This document shows, piece after piece, positions 1 to 9,800 of a stretch of DNA of 64,000 nucleotides. Each line of letters starts with the position of its first letter. The first letter of the stretch is position 1. The notes beneath the pieces are model-generated. The model searched no databases. It saw nothing but the letters and a program-made list of their open reading frames with translations, and was not told where the DNA came from. The DNA comes from a virus, in IMG/VR virus record IMGVR_UViG_3300027498_000003, positions 60,637 to 124,636 of that record, one strand, 5' to 3'. The translations under genes were made by a program, and so were the position numbers.

Positions 1-2715
1 TAAAGCTATTACTTGTTGCTGTTCCGGAGAGTTTACCGTACCTCCCACGCCTGTTAGACCTGTGCCTGATTGCAAGGTTCTTTGCGGCACCGTTAAAACA
101 GCTTTATATTGATCAGTTTCCTTTCCTTTTTTAACTTGTATAGTGCTGCCGTCCTGCAAAGTATAAGACGTTTGCCCACCGTTTGGTATATCTTTTAAGT
201 CTTTTTGTAATTTATTAAATTTATCTTCTTGCTTTACCGCTTCGTCGATTTGTCTTTTCAAAACTTGCCTCTCTTTTGCTGCTTCAGGTATGGGGTCCCC
301 AAAGTCATCCTCTAAAGGTATGGCATCTAATTGAGTTTGTAATTGTTCTACAGTAGCCGCTATTGTATCAGATACTGTAGGAGGATCCTTTTCAATGGTC
401 TCTCCGGCACTTGCCGTAGTATCGACAGATGCTTCTTCCTCCCCTCTCCCTACAATAGGTATACCAAATCCAAAACTATCGGTACGCCTTCCGCTCTGTA
501 CTGGCGTAGTTGTTTTCAAGAACTCGGATCTCTCGGCCTCAAACCTATCCTTAGTTGCTGGGAATTTTTCTATTTTAGCATCGGTAACTGCGTTTATAAA
601 GTCCTCTCTATTATTAACAGATTCTACAGGTATATCTCTTATGACCCTGTTTATAGACCCAAATTGATTATGAGTACCTACTGCTAAATCTAATGTTTCA
701 GCATCTAAAACTAAATTAGGGAATTTAGACTTAATAGCACTCGTAACTTTAGGTTCTACATTTTGTACAATAAAAGCCTCCTGAGCACGGGCGAATCCGT
801 CCTCGTCTCTGGATGTCGAGGAATTAAACCATGCATTTATATCTTCGTTAGAGTTAGATGCAGGTTTCCCAAATCCTGCGGCTTCTGCTGCTTGTAAAAA
901 CTGAGGTAGAACAGAGTTTTTATTAAATTGGTAAAGCCCCCATGACGGTTCTCTGCTGAGTTTTACAGCACCATCTGTACCTTTAGGGACCACTTTGTTT
1001 CCATCCCAAAATAAATCTTCCGGGCCTATATTACCTGATCCTACGTTTATAATATTTCCAGAGGGATCAGTGTATATGCCACTCCTTATAGATGGGTCAA
1101 ATCCTGATTCTCTAGCTATAGTAGACTTGTGTCTAAATGTAGTAGGATTAGCTGTGGAAGCATTTGATTTAAAATTGAGTACAGACGAAGGCGGCGTCTG
1201 AACTTTGCCTTTGCCTACTATGCTGCTTACATTTCTATAGACGGTAGGGGTATTTTCAAATTCTAGAAAACTCTTTTCTAAAGCATTTTGTATTGTTTCA
1301 GTAGTAGCGCCTTCTTTTGCGGACTCAGTCTCTGCTAACTGCACCATCCTGGCTAAATCTACTGGGCCTAATTTATTTGTAGCATTCGCCAATCCTCTAG
1401 CTTCTGCATCCGCTATCTCATAACCTAAACCGGTTATAGTATCTCTAAATCCTATGGCCTCAGTTTCATCGGCATCTAAGCCAGATTGAGAGGTACTCTC
1501 TGCCGCTGCCTGATCTACTTCGGCCGCTAATCTCGCCTCTTTAGCCACCTCGGTGTTAGCCTTTATACGATCAGTATTTTCGGAAAAAGCATCATTGGCC
1601 GCTTCATTATCTTCCTCTCTAATGTTATTATCAGTTTCTAAAGTGTCTGACCGGTCGTCTCTTATAGCCTTGGCCGCTCCTACAGCTGAATCCCCTTCTC
1701 TTGCTATAATCGTATTACGCTGAGACTTAGATCTTTTTGCTATTGCAAACTTATTATCAACTTCATCTTTTACCCATTGATCAAATGTTTTAGGAGGTAA
1801 CCCTGCCGCTCTTTGAGCATCTACATGTTTTCCATATCTGTACCTATATATAGAAGATCCTTGGGTGTTTGATTTTATAAATTTCTCTAAACCCAATTTC
1901 TTCTGTTCTAATTGTTCATTGGATGCGCCAGCTTCCATCCTTGCCGCTACTGCAGAGGAGTCATCTGAAGTCATATTTTGAAGTATCCATTTATTAGAAA
2001 AAGCTTGATCATCTACAAACTGAGTTACAGATTCATCGAACTTATCTACTGTATCCTTACTTATGGAACCGTTAGCCTGTGTGTTCATCCAAGCTCTAAC
2101 TAACCTTTTGAAGTCTCCAGAGTCTTTACTTCCTGAAGATTTGAACCGCCTTACCGCGTCCATCGCCGCATCATGTGCTGCGTAATTAGGTATATCCTCA
2201 TCTGATATGCCATCAAGAGACTCTAGCATCTTTCCATATATAGCATTACCTTGTACCGCCCTTATAACATCTTTATCTTGGTAAAATGCCCCTAATTGAG
2301 CCTGCAAAGCCTTAAACTCTTGAGACTTCTGCTGAGCAGTTCGTGGAGATAAAGCTACGTCTGATCCTAATTGAGTTAATCTAGATAACAAAGCTTGTTC
2401 CTTATTAAACAGAGCCATCTCTTCGGCGCTGTTGGTATCCAATAAGCTGGGAGTTAATCTAGCTTTGAACTGCTTCTGCATAGCGCTTACCTGATCTAAA
2501 AAGGTATCTCTCCTATCTCTGGAGATACTCTCTTCTAATCTCTGCCTGTTTAAGGCTGTATTCATGGTAGATAGAAACGGCTGAATGCTCGGGCCGGATC
2601 CTACATCAATACCTTGAGTACTTAATCTACCTAAATTAGTATTAAGGCCGGCGTTAGGTAGTACTCCACCAACTTGCTTATTAATGATATCTATTATTCT
2701 AATCTCTCTTGCCAT
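1..2715 (-). CDS. Putative ejected (cargo) virion protein with a lysozyme-like domain; 3'-truncated by the window edge (>905 aa)
   Basis: Not in the supplied track. I read the frame by hand from the ATG at 2715 (MAREIRIIDIINKQVGGVLP...), which overlaps the stop of the upstream gene, down to base 1 with no stop. It contains IARESG...EPSWGLYQF...FL...W...FARAQEAFI at about 770-1120. Position after the muzzle gene matches crAss-like cargo genes. Confidence 0.8.
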   Translation of the reverse strand, partial: MAREIRIIDIINKQVGGVLPNAGLNTNLGRLSTQGIDVGSGPSIQPFLSTMNTALNRQRLEESISRDRRDTFLDQVSAMQKQFKARLTPSLLDTNSAEEMALFNKEQALLSRLTQLGSDVALSPRTAQQKSQEFKALQAQLGAFYQDKDVIRAVQGNAIYGKMLESLDGISDEDIPNYAAHDAAMDAVRRFKSSGSKDSGDFKRLVRAWMNTQANGSISKDTVDKFDESVTQFVDDQAFSNKWILQNMTSDDSSAVAARMEAGASNEQLEQKKLGLEKFIKSNTQGSSIYRYRYGKHVDAQRAAGLPPKTFDQWVKDEVDNKFAIAKRSKSQRNTIIAREGDSAVGAAKAIRDDRSDTLETDNNIREEDNEAANDAFSENTDRIKANTEVAKEARLAAEVDQAAAESTSQSGLDADETEAIGFRDTITGLGYEIADAEARGLANATNKLGPVDLARMVQLAETESAKEGATTETIQNALEKSFLEFENTPTVYRNVSSIVGKGKVQTPPSSVLNFKSNASTANPTTFRHKSTIARESGFDPSIRSGIYTDPSGNIINVGSGNIGPEDLFWDGNKVVPKGTDGAVKLSREPSWGLYQFNKNSVLPQFLQAAEAAGFGKPASNSNEDINAWFNSSTSRDEDGFARAQEAFIVQNVEPKVTSAIKSKFPNLVLDAETLDLAVGTHNQFGSINRVIRDIPVESVNNREDFINAVTDAKIEKFPATKDRFEAERSEFLKTTTPVQSGRRTDSFGFGIPIVGRGEEEASVDTTASAGETIEKDPPTVSDTIAATVEQLQTQLDAIPLEDDFGDPIPEAAKERQVLKRQIDEAVKQEDKFNKLQKDLKDIPNGGQTSYTLQDGSTIQVKKGKETDQYKAVLTVPQRTLQSGTGLTGVGGTVNSPEQQQVIAL

Positions 2716-5366
2716 TAAACTGCATTTGAAGGATTAGCAAAATTACCTTGTGATAGTATTTGTAGAGGTATATTTTGTAAGGCTTGATTAAATGCTCGCC
2801 TCGCCGCGATTTCTGCATTTGCTCTTTGAGACGCCACGTCATTTTTACTTTGAGCCTCATTCGTCAGTAAGTTAGTATTTAGCCCTAATAGCTGGTTAGC
2901 TAAAGCTTGCTGCTGATCAACTATACCTAAGTCAAATCTTGCTCTGTTTGTAACCTGCCCACTGTTAAATCCAAATTGATTCTGGTTAATCCCAGAGTTA
3001 ATACCAAATATTTGATTAGCAATACCGTTTTGTAAATTTATATTGTTATTAGTTGCATCGAATATTCTTCCTATGTTGTTGGCCTGGTTATTAAAACCTG
3101 TTTGTATTGCACCGTTAAATCCTTGAAATCTATTAGTTAGCCCTGCAACTTGTCTATCCGCATTGAGGTTATCTGTATCGATAAATGCATTAGCCTGATT
3201 CGTTCTGAGTTCCCCTAATCTTAGGTCAAAATTGGGATTAAATCCTGCCTGCTGTTGTCGGGCTAAATTAGCTCTCACTAAAGCGTCCTGTACTGGATCT
3301 CCTGTAGACACGTTGTTAGCGAAGTTGTTGGCCGCCTGTCTGGATGCTCTGTCGCTTATAGCTGCTTGTTGAGTAGCATCTATGGAAGGTTGGAATGTAT
3401 TAGCTCTAATCACAGCTGGGGCTGGGCTAAACAAGGCCGTGGCTGCTCCAAGCGCTGTCGCTGAATTATTTATGTCTTCTAAACCATCCAAGTTGGCTAA
3501 ATTATCCTCAGCTCTCTGTAAGCCTCCCTGAAGGATATCAGTAAGGGTATCCGCTTCTCCTCTTTGATTAGTAAAAAAACTATCTCCTAATCCTTGTAAA
3601 GTATCGAACTGATTCTGGCCTATGTTCGATTTTTGGGATCTTAAATCATTAGACCCTTTAGTGTATTGATTTTTCACATCTCCTAAGTTGGAGAATAGGT
3701 TAGCGTTTCTTTGTTCAACTCCATCAAAAGTATTACCTACTGTTCTTATGTTTCTACCTTCATCATAAACCTGATATCCCGCCGCTGCCAATGCTGCAAT
3801 AGTAGCTGCGTCCTGAGCAACAGGTGATTGGAAAAATCCTTGAACCGGCCCTTGACCTGTGGCAGGGGAAGTAGCAGGTTGTCCTCCTGTAATCTGAGAC
3901 AGTATAGCTTGTAGTACGTTATTAGGTATATCTATCTGTGGTAGCGGTGTATTTATAGGGGATTGAGGTATCTGTAGAGGACTTATAGGTATTCTAGGCA
4001 AAGGAAGAGGAACCGAAGTTCCGTCCTGAGCATGTATAACTGGCCTTCCTCCTAATTGATTTCTTGCTGCAAAAGTATTTCCAAATACGTTTCCCAATGT
4101 CGGCGTTGATTGAATAGCTGCTGCCTGGGCTTGCGGCGCGGGGCCTGCAATACCTTGTGTACCGAATTGACCGAGACCACCTAATAGGCTTCCTAAATTA
4201 AGGCCGCTCATATTACCTAAAGGGTTCATACCTCCTGCTGTTCCTAAACTCCCTGCTCCTCCTAACAATCCTGCGATACTGCCTATATCAAATCCTCCGA
4301 TCTTTACGCCGTTCAGTCCCCCAGATCCTATGAAATTGCCTGTCACCCCTTTCAATACATCTCCGAAATCACCTCCGCCTCTTATTGTGTTATCTATGCT
4401 ACCTATACCTGCTCTTGCAGCTACAGCTAAGTGGGGTGGTATTCCTAATGCTCCTGCCACGGCCGGCATTGCGAAGTCCCCGAATTTATCGGCTAAACCA
4501 TCTGCTATTCCGAATGCATTTCTACCTATGCCTGTTTGATATGCCCCATCTTGTATAAGATCAAGGCCGAGTACTCCGTTAGTCGCTACGTCGAATGCTC
4601 CTAAAGTCTGGTCTCCTACAAATCCTAATGCATCTCTTAATATTGGTATATCGTCAAATCCAGAGTTAATCAAATTGCCGCCGCCTGCGGTAGTTAATGC
4701 GGCATCTGCTACTCCTTTGGCTACATTACCTACAGCTTTAGCCGCTTTACCGAAAAACCTTCCTATCCCTCCGAATGCAGCTTTATTTACTGCGAAAGAG
4801 TGTACTGGCCCCCCTGTCTTGTATATGGGTGTGAATATAACTTCTCCTTCTTCTCGGCGGATCTCCTCACTTTCTCTCTCTATCTCTGCCATGGTGGCTA
4901 TGGCTTCCAGATACGGAAGTCTATGTTTTCTATTCTCTTCGTTAGTTATTTTCGTAAGATAGTCATCTCCTTTTTTGACAGGTATATTACTCTTCAGAGA
5001 CTTAGACATCTTGGCCGGAGTCAGCTTCCTTTTCTTCCCCGTGAATCCTACCATCTTCAAAATATCGAACTCTTTAGGTTCTTTCCCTTTCTTGAACTCA
5101 CTATAGGGGTATATCTTCTCTGCAATTATATATTGCTCTGCATTTTTCTTATCTATTTTTAGAAAATCAGATAAAATAAAAGTTTCTCCAGGAAGAGCGT
5201 CTGTTACCAAATCATCATCGCCGCTGTCTTCCATTTGCTTATGGCTACGCTTAGCATGGACATCTGTTATAGCCCCATTTGGCCACGCAATCGTCTCTTC
5301 GCGCTCACTTTGAATTCGCACCAATTCAGTATTACTGCTAAAGTACTTATCTATATCGTCTTTCAT
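2715..5366 (-). CDS. Putative ejected (cargo) virion protein, Gly/Ala- and Asn/Gln-rich, 883 aa
   Basis: Long ORF downstream of the muzzle gene. Gly-rich hydrophobic middle, helical N/Q-rich C-terminus, KTGG/AFGG/QLGG motifs, no Cys. Confidence 0.65.
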   Translation of the reverse strand: MKDDIDKYFSSNTELVRIQSEREETIAWPNGAITDVHAKRSHKQMEDSGDDDLVTDALPGETFILSDFLKIDKKNAEQYIIAEKIYPYSEFKKGKEPKEFDILKMVGFTGKKRKLTPAKMSKSLKSNIPVKKGDDYLTKITNEENRKHRLPYLEAIATMAEIERESEEIRREEGEVIFTPIYKTGGPVHSFAVNKAAFGGIGRFFGKAAKAVGNVAKGVADAALTTAGGGNLINSGFDDIPILRDALGFVGDQTLGAFDVATNGVLGLDLIQDGAYQTGIGRNAFGIADGLADKFGDFAMPAVAGALGIPPHLAVAARAGIGSIDNTIRGGGDFGDVLKGVTGNFIGSGGLNGVKIGGFDIGSIAGLLGGAGSLGTAGGMNPLGNMSGLNLGSLLGGLGQFGTQGIAGPAPQAQAAAIQSTPTLGNVFGNTFAARNQLGGRPVIHAQDGTSVPLPLPRIPISPLQIPQSPINTPLPQIDIPNNVLQAILSQITGGQPATSPATGQGPVQGFFQSPVAQDAATIAALAAAGYQVYDEGRNIRTVGNTFDGVEQRNANLFSNLGDVKNQYTKGSNDLRSQKSNIGQNQFDTLQGLGDSFFTNQRGEADTLTDILQGGLQRAEDNLANLDGLEDINNSATALGAATALFSPAPAVIRANTFQPSIDATQQAAISDRASRQAANNFANNVSTGDPVQDALVRANLARQQQAGFNPNFDLRLGELRTNQANAFIDTDNLNADRQVAGLTNRFQGFNGAIQTGFNNQANNIGRIFDATNNNINLQNGIANQIFGINSGINQNQFGFNSGQVTNRARFDLGIVDQQQALANQLLGLNTNLLTNEAQSKNDVASQRANAEIAARRAFNQALQNIPLQILSQGNFANPSNAV

Positions 5367-6857
5367 TTATGCCAATTTTTGATCAAAATACTCGTTACGC
5401 TTCATATGCGGCCCAGTCTTAGGGAACCCGCATTCTATTGGATTACGTTTTTTCTTCCTTCTCTTCTTGCTTTTCTTTTTGCTACTTGATTCATCCCCTT
5501 CTCTTTCTATGGATGTTGTAGCTATAGGGACTTCTACTACAGCATTCATACCTGGTATAGGTACAACTATAGTCGGGGCATCTATGTTCGCAAAAGTCAA
5601 TTGTCTGCTCGGGACCACCACAGGGCCCTCCTCTTGCAGTAGCCCTAATGGATTTACTGGGATACCTGCTAATTGTGTGGGCAGAGGCTTCATCTGAGGT
5701 GCTTGTACCTGTTGTTGAAGGGCAGCTGGACCTACTGCAGCCCCTAACTGTGCTCCTAATGGTTGCTGTAAAAGCTGGTTCAATAGTTGTTGTTGTCGGC
5801 GCTGCTGAGTCTGCTGAGCACTTGGCACCAGTGGGCTTTCAAACGCTGTTGGATCTATGAATTGAGGAGGCATCATTCCCATAAGGGATCCGCCTTCGTT
5901 ACCGTTTAATCCTACAGGGGGTATTGCATTGATATTTCTTAGAGGTGCTGATACTCCTCCGCCTAACTGTCTTTTGAACTTCTTACCATCTCTCGGTACT
6001 ACATCTCTGGCATTAGTTCTAAATGCAGATTGGTTAAATAGTTGTGCCGCCGCTTCATTTGTAATTTCTTTACGAGCTTCTCTTACTTCCATTCTCGCCT
6101 CATTCACCTTCTTCTGGTACTTCTTTAGCATTCTATTGAGCTTGGTTCTGCCCTTAGATTTCTTCTTTTTGGAAGGTAAGGTTACTTTAACATCGATAGC
6201 CATGCCCGGAGATCCCCCATTTTTAAACCCAAAAAATCCTCTAGATTCCGTTAAGACTCTGTCGGTCCTCGGATCGGCTTGGTTGTTCTGCAATCCAGAA
6301 AACATTAAACCTAACATATTCGCTGCATTCCCAGATTGAGCATTAAAGCCCGCATTAAGGTGGCTGGTCTGCCCTAAAGCACTTGTAAGCGATGGAAGAG
6401 TATTCAGCTGATCTATAAAGCTATTGAAGTTGAATCCCCCCAACTGAGCTTTCGCTCGTACAGGTCTTCCTCTTCTATTTTTCTTTTTTTTCTTATATGG
6501 CATGCCTCCTAATTTTAATATTGGTAACTGTGCTGGGCCTCCTACCCATCCGCCGGTGCTCCATTTTTGCTTATTTGACCAAAAAGCAGCACTTAACTTT
6601 CCTTTAGCTATATTCTTAGCATGACGAGCTTTAAATGATTTACGCTTCTGCTTCATCCTATCTGATTCCCCCTTCTTAGGCTTGCCCGCCGTGCTCGCTC
6701 CCTGTTCTCCAAAACGAATAAGTTTAGTAGTATCACCACTTTTGGCGAGTACTATATGGCTTTTCTTAGGATGGCTCGGCGTTCGCTTGGGTTTATTAAC
6801 CCCGCTAAGCCTGTGCTTTTTTAAAAGATTCCTTACTCGACTGCTTTTTTTAGTCAT
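5367..6857 (-). CDS. Basic, Gln/Pro-rich putative internal virion protein, 496 aa
   Basis: N-terminal ~100-aa basic domain (KRTPSHPKKSHIVLAK...IRFGEQG...SFKARHAKNI...SAAFW) of a type I recall from small marine-phage proteins. Poly-Lys tracts, an RRGRP motif and repeated xxGG motifs. Confidence 0.55.
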   Translation of the reverse strand: MTKKSSRVRNLLKKHRLSGVNKPKRTPSHPKKSHIVLAKSGDTTKLIRFGEQGASTAGKPKKGESDRMKQKRKSFKARHAKNIAKGKLSAAFWSNKQKWSTGGWVGGPAQLPILKLGGMPYKKKKKNRRGRPVRAKAQLGGFNFNSFIDQLNTLPSLTSALGQTSHLNAGFNAQSGNAANMLGLMFSGLQNNQADPRTDRVLTESRGFFGFKNGGSPGMAIDVKVTLPSKKKKSKGRTKLNRMLKKYQKKVNEARMEVREARKEITNEAAAQLFNQSAFRTNARDVVPRDGKKFKRQLGGGVSAPLRNINAIPPVGLNGNEGGSLMGMMPPQFIDPTAFESPLVPSAQQTQQRRQQQLLNQLLQQPLGAQLGAAVGPAALQQQVQAPQMKPLPTQLAGIPVNPLGLLQEEGPVVVPSRQLTFANIDAPTIVVPIPGMNAVVEVPIATTSIEREGDESSSKKKSKKRRKKKRNPIECGFPKTGPHMKRNEYFDQKLA

Positions 6858-9800
6858 TTAAGTGTCTTTTTATGTAGGTTGTGTTCGATATCAACACAAA
6901 CTGTTTCTGAGACTTATTATCGTATGTATATCTATAAACAATAAAACGGTCCTTAAAGATCCTGTTCCAGTAATCTTGTTTCGTTAATTCCGCGCAATTC
7001 AGAATAGCTTCGTTTATTCTGTGGTAAGGTTCGCATACATCGCAGGTCACCATGGCTACGCAATCGCAATTAGATACGATGTCATGTATCTCATTAAATT
7101 CCCACTCTCTCTGGTTCTTGTATATGTTTATATTTTTTGATGACTCTTTTATTTTTATAGTATCTGAGATATCTAAAGGTCTTGAAGCGTCATCACTTCT
7201 GATAACAGTATTCATAATCCCGGTGGACTGTGTACTATTGTAAAGAGCGATCGTAGTAAAGAATTCATCGATGTCCTTCTTTAAAGTACATCCTTCGCAT
7301 TCTTCTACTAATAGGAATACATCACTGTAGTGGTAGGTATACTCTTTTAGATCCGGGGATACCGCGGAGAATGATACTTCAAACTCTCCCTGAACTTCCC
7401 CATAATCGCCCCATTCACAATCTTTATGTTTCTTCCAATAGGAAGATGATTGTAATTGGTAAGAATCGTATCTGTCCCAATTATACTTTCGGGGGATTTC
7501 TGTATGGAATGATATCCATTTTTGCCCTACAAAATCAAAGCTTAAAGTCCAGCTTCCCTTAGGGTTGCCGTCTGATTTAGTGATCAAGAACGTCTCATTC
7601 CGGGGATCCATACCTAATGAGTAATAAGATGTCCCTGCTTTAAATTCATTCTTACATTCTGTTTCTTCGCAAAATGGTAGATGCTCCTTGAACCAGTTCC
7701 TGCCGTCTATATCAGATATTGGGATAATGCTATTACCTTTCATCCAATATATCTTAGCTGCTTCCTGATCAACCCATATCGGTCCCGCATGGGTATTTTC
7801 GAAATGATTCCTATGCTGAAGTCCTGCATAACCTTCAGCTGGTCCAGACCCAGATGTTGTATGGCTTAGAAAGTCTCCTGTGCCTAATAGTATCTCTCCT
7901 ATATTTGAAGGTATTATAGCCCTTCCGTGTCTTAGAGGTTTAGTAACGTCCGTGGTTTGATACCACAGCACATCTCCTGATATGAAAAGATTTGTAAGTT
8001 TTCCTTCGCTCGGGTCGATGACAACATTATTTCTCGGTCTTATCTGTCTGTAGGCGTTCTGGTCGCCGTTAGGTTGTCTGGTTTCTGACCATGATACTAC
8101 ATTATTTGTTTGCCCTGCTTCGCACTGATCACATACACATAAAGAGTTGTTATACTCCTCGCTGGCGGGGTAGTATTTCTTTATGTTATTCTGAAGACTA
8201 TAATTCCAATTATATCTACATGGGTTGTTAAAGAATCCCCTAATACATCCGTCGCCTTGGTGGCCTACTTCATCTGTCTTGCATACAGGTATCCCTAATA
8301 TCTCATCGATTCTCTCTGGCGTAAACAGCACCTGGTTCATTAGATGCCAAGCTGTGGCCAGAAGCCCTCCTGATGCAAAAGCGAATGTATCTGAGAATGT
8401 ACTAGGTATATTCGACCCCCCCGCGAGCCCTTGCATAGGTTGTTGTATAGCTATATATGATCTTATAGCTATTTTCATCATTTTCTTCCATTGAGAAGGT
8501 TGACGTAGTTCGCATCCGAATTGAGATAAGTAGCTATCTTCCCATTTCCCCGCGTTTCCATCTACCTCTACTCCTGGGTCGTAATGGAAGTTCCTGTGGA
8601 GCTCGGGCATCCACTGCTCATGTAGTAAATCTGATTTCTCTCTTTTCCAAATGTTTATTCTGGATTCAACAGGGTATATTATCTCTGTTGTAGCTGTTCT
8701 TGGGTAAAAGAAGTCAGATACCGCTGGGCCGCTGCCTGCCTCTGCGTATGTATCAGTAGTATTAAAGCTATGAGTCCTTAATCCTAACCAATTCTTGGCA
8801 TCTGCTAAATCTCCAGACTCGGGCAAAGAGGTCCATACATGATCACCAACGTACCCCTGAATGGCATCATTAGGTGTGTCGCATATACATCTCTTCTCTT
8901 TCTTTATTGGGACCTCGTTTGGTATGTTGAATTTTCTTGCCTCATCGCAGTATCCATATCGATCTGACACATGGCTGGTCTTTACAAAAGAGTACGGGCC
9001 TATAAAAGTATCCCCCACTATCCCCTCTATTGATCCCCCATTAAATTTACCAGCTTGAAGTATCGGTATATATGTAAGAGTCTCGAGCGCTCCGTATTGA
9101 TCGGGGGCATCGTTTCTGAGAGATACATATAATCCTACAGCATCTGGGATAGGTACGTTATGTTCTAACATAACTCCAGGTAATGAATCATCTGATAGTT
9201 GAGGTAGCCCTGACTTTATCCAGGTGCTCTTCTGTTGATACGCCTGCATAAGTGGCACATTACCCCCGCTCGGCGGTGCTATCTTTCCTCCATGGTTACT
9301 CCCTCTTGCAGGGACGTGCATGGCAAAATCTAAAGGAATAGCTGAACAAGCGCCTGACTCCCATTGACTTAGATTTACAGCTTGTCTAGCTCCTAACTTA
9401 TCTACTCTTTCTCCATGGATATCATTGTCTGTGACATCTCCCATGGCCACAACACCGAACCTCTCCCCTGTTCCTCTCCACCTACCCTCTTCCATAACAC
9501 TCTGTACTCTAAGAGCCGGTTCCCTTATGCATAAATCAGGTGAGAACATGTTATGACTTGTTCCTCTTCCTAAATTGGCCAATCTTGGATAGTTTCCGCC
9601 GCCTTCGTGGTATGCTGAAACTTCCATCCTACTGCTCGCGCCGTGAGCTGGATGCTCTATCTGCTCTCCGTTATTATCTATAACGAAAGTGGGAAAAGCT
9701 ATCCCTTTAGATACTATATGTCGATTAGTGTCCGTAACCTCGGCCATGAGTATGGTATAGGGATTATTAGGGCACAATGGTTTAGGCGTCTCTTCGGCTG

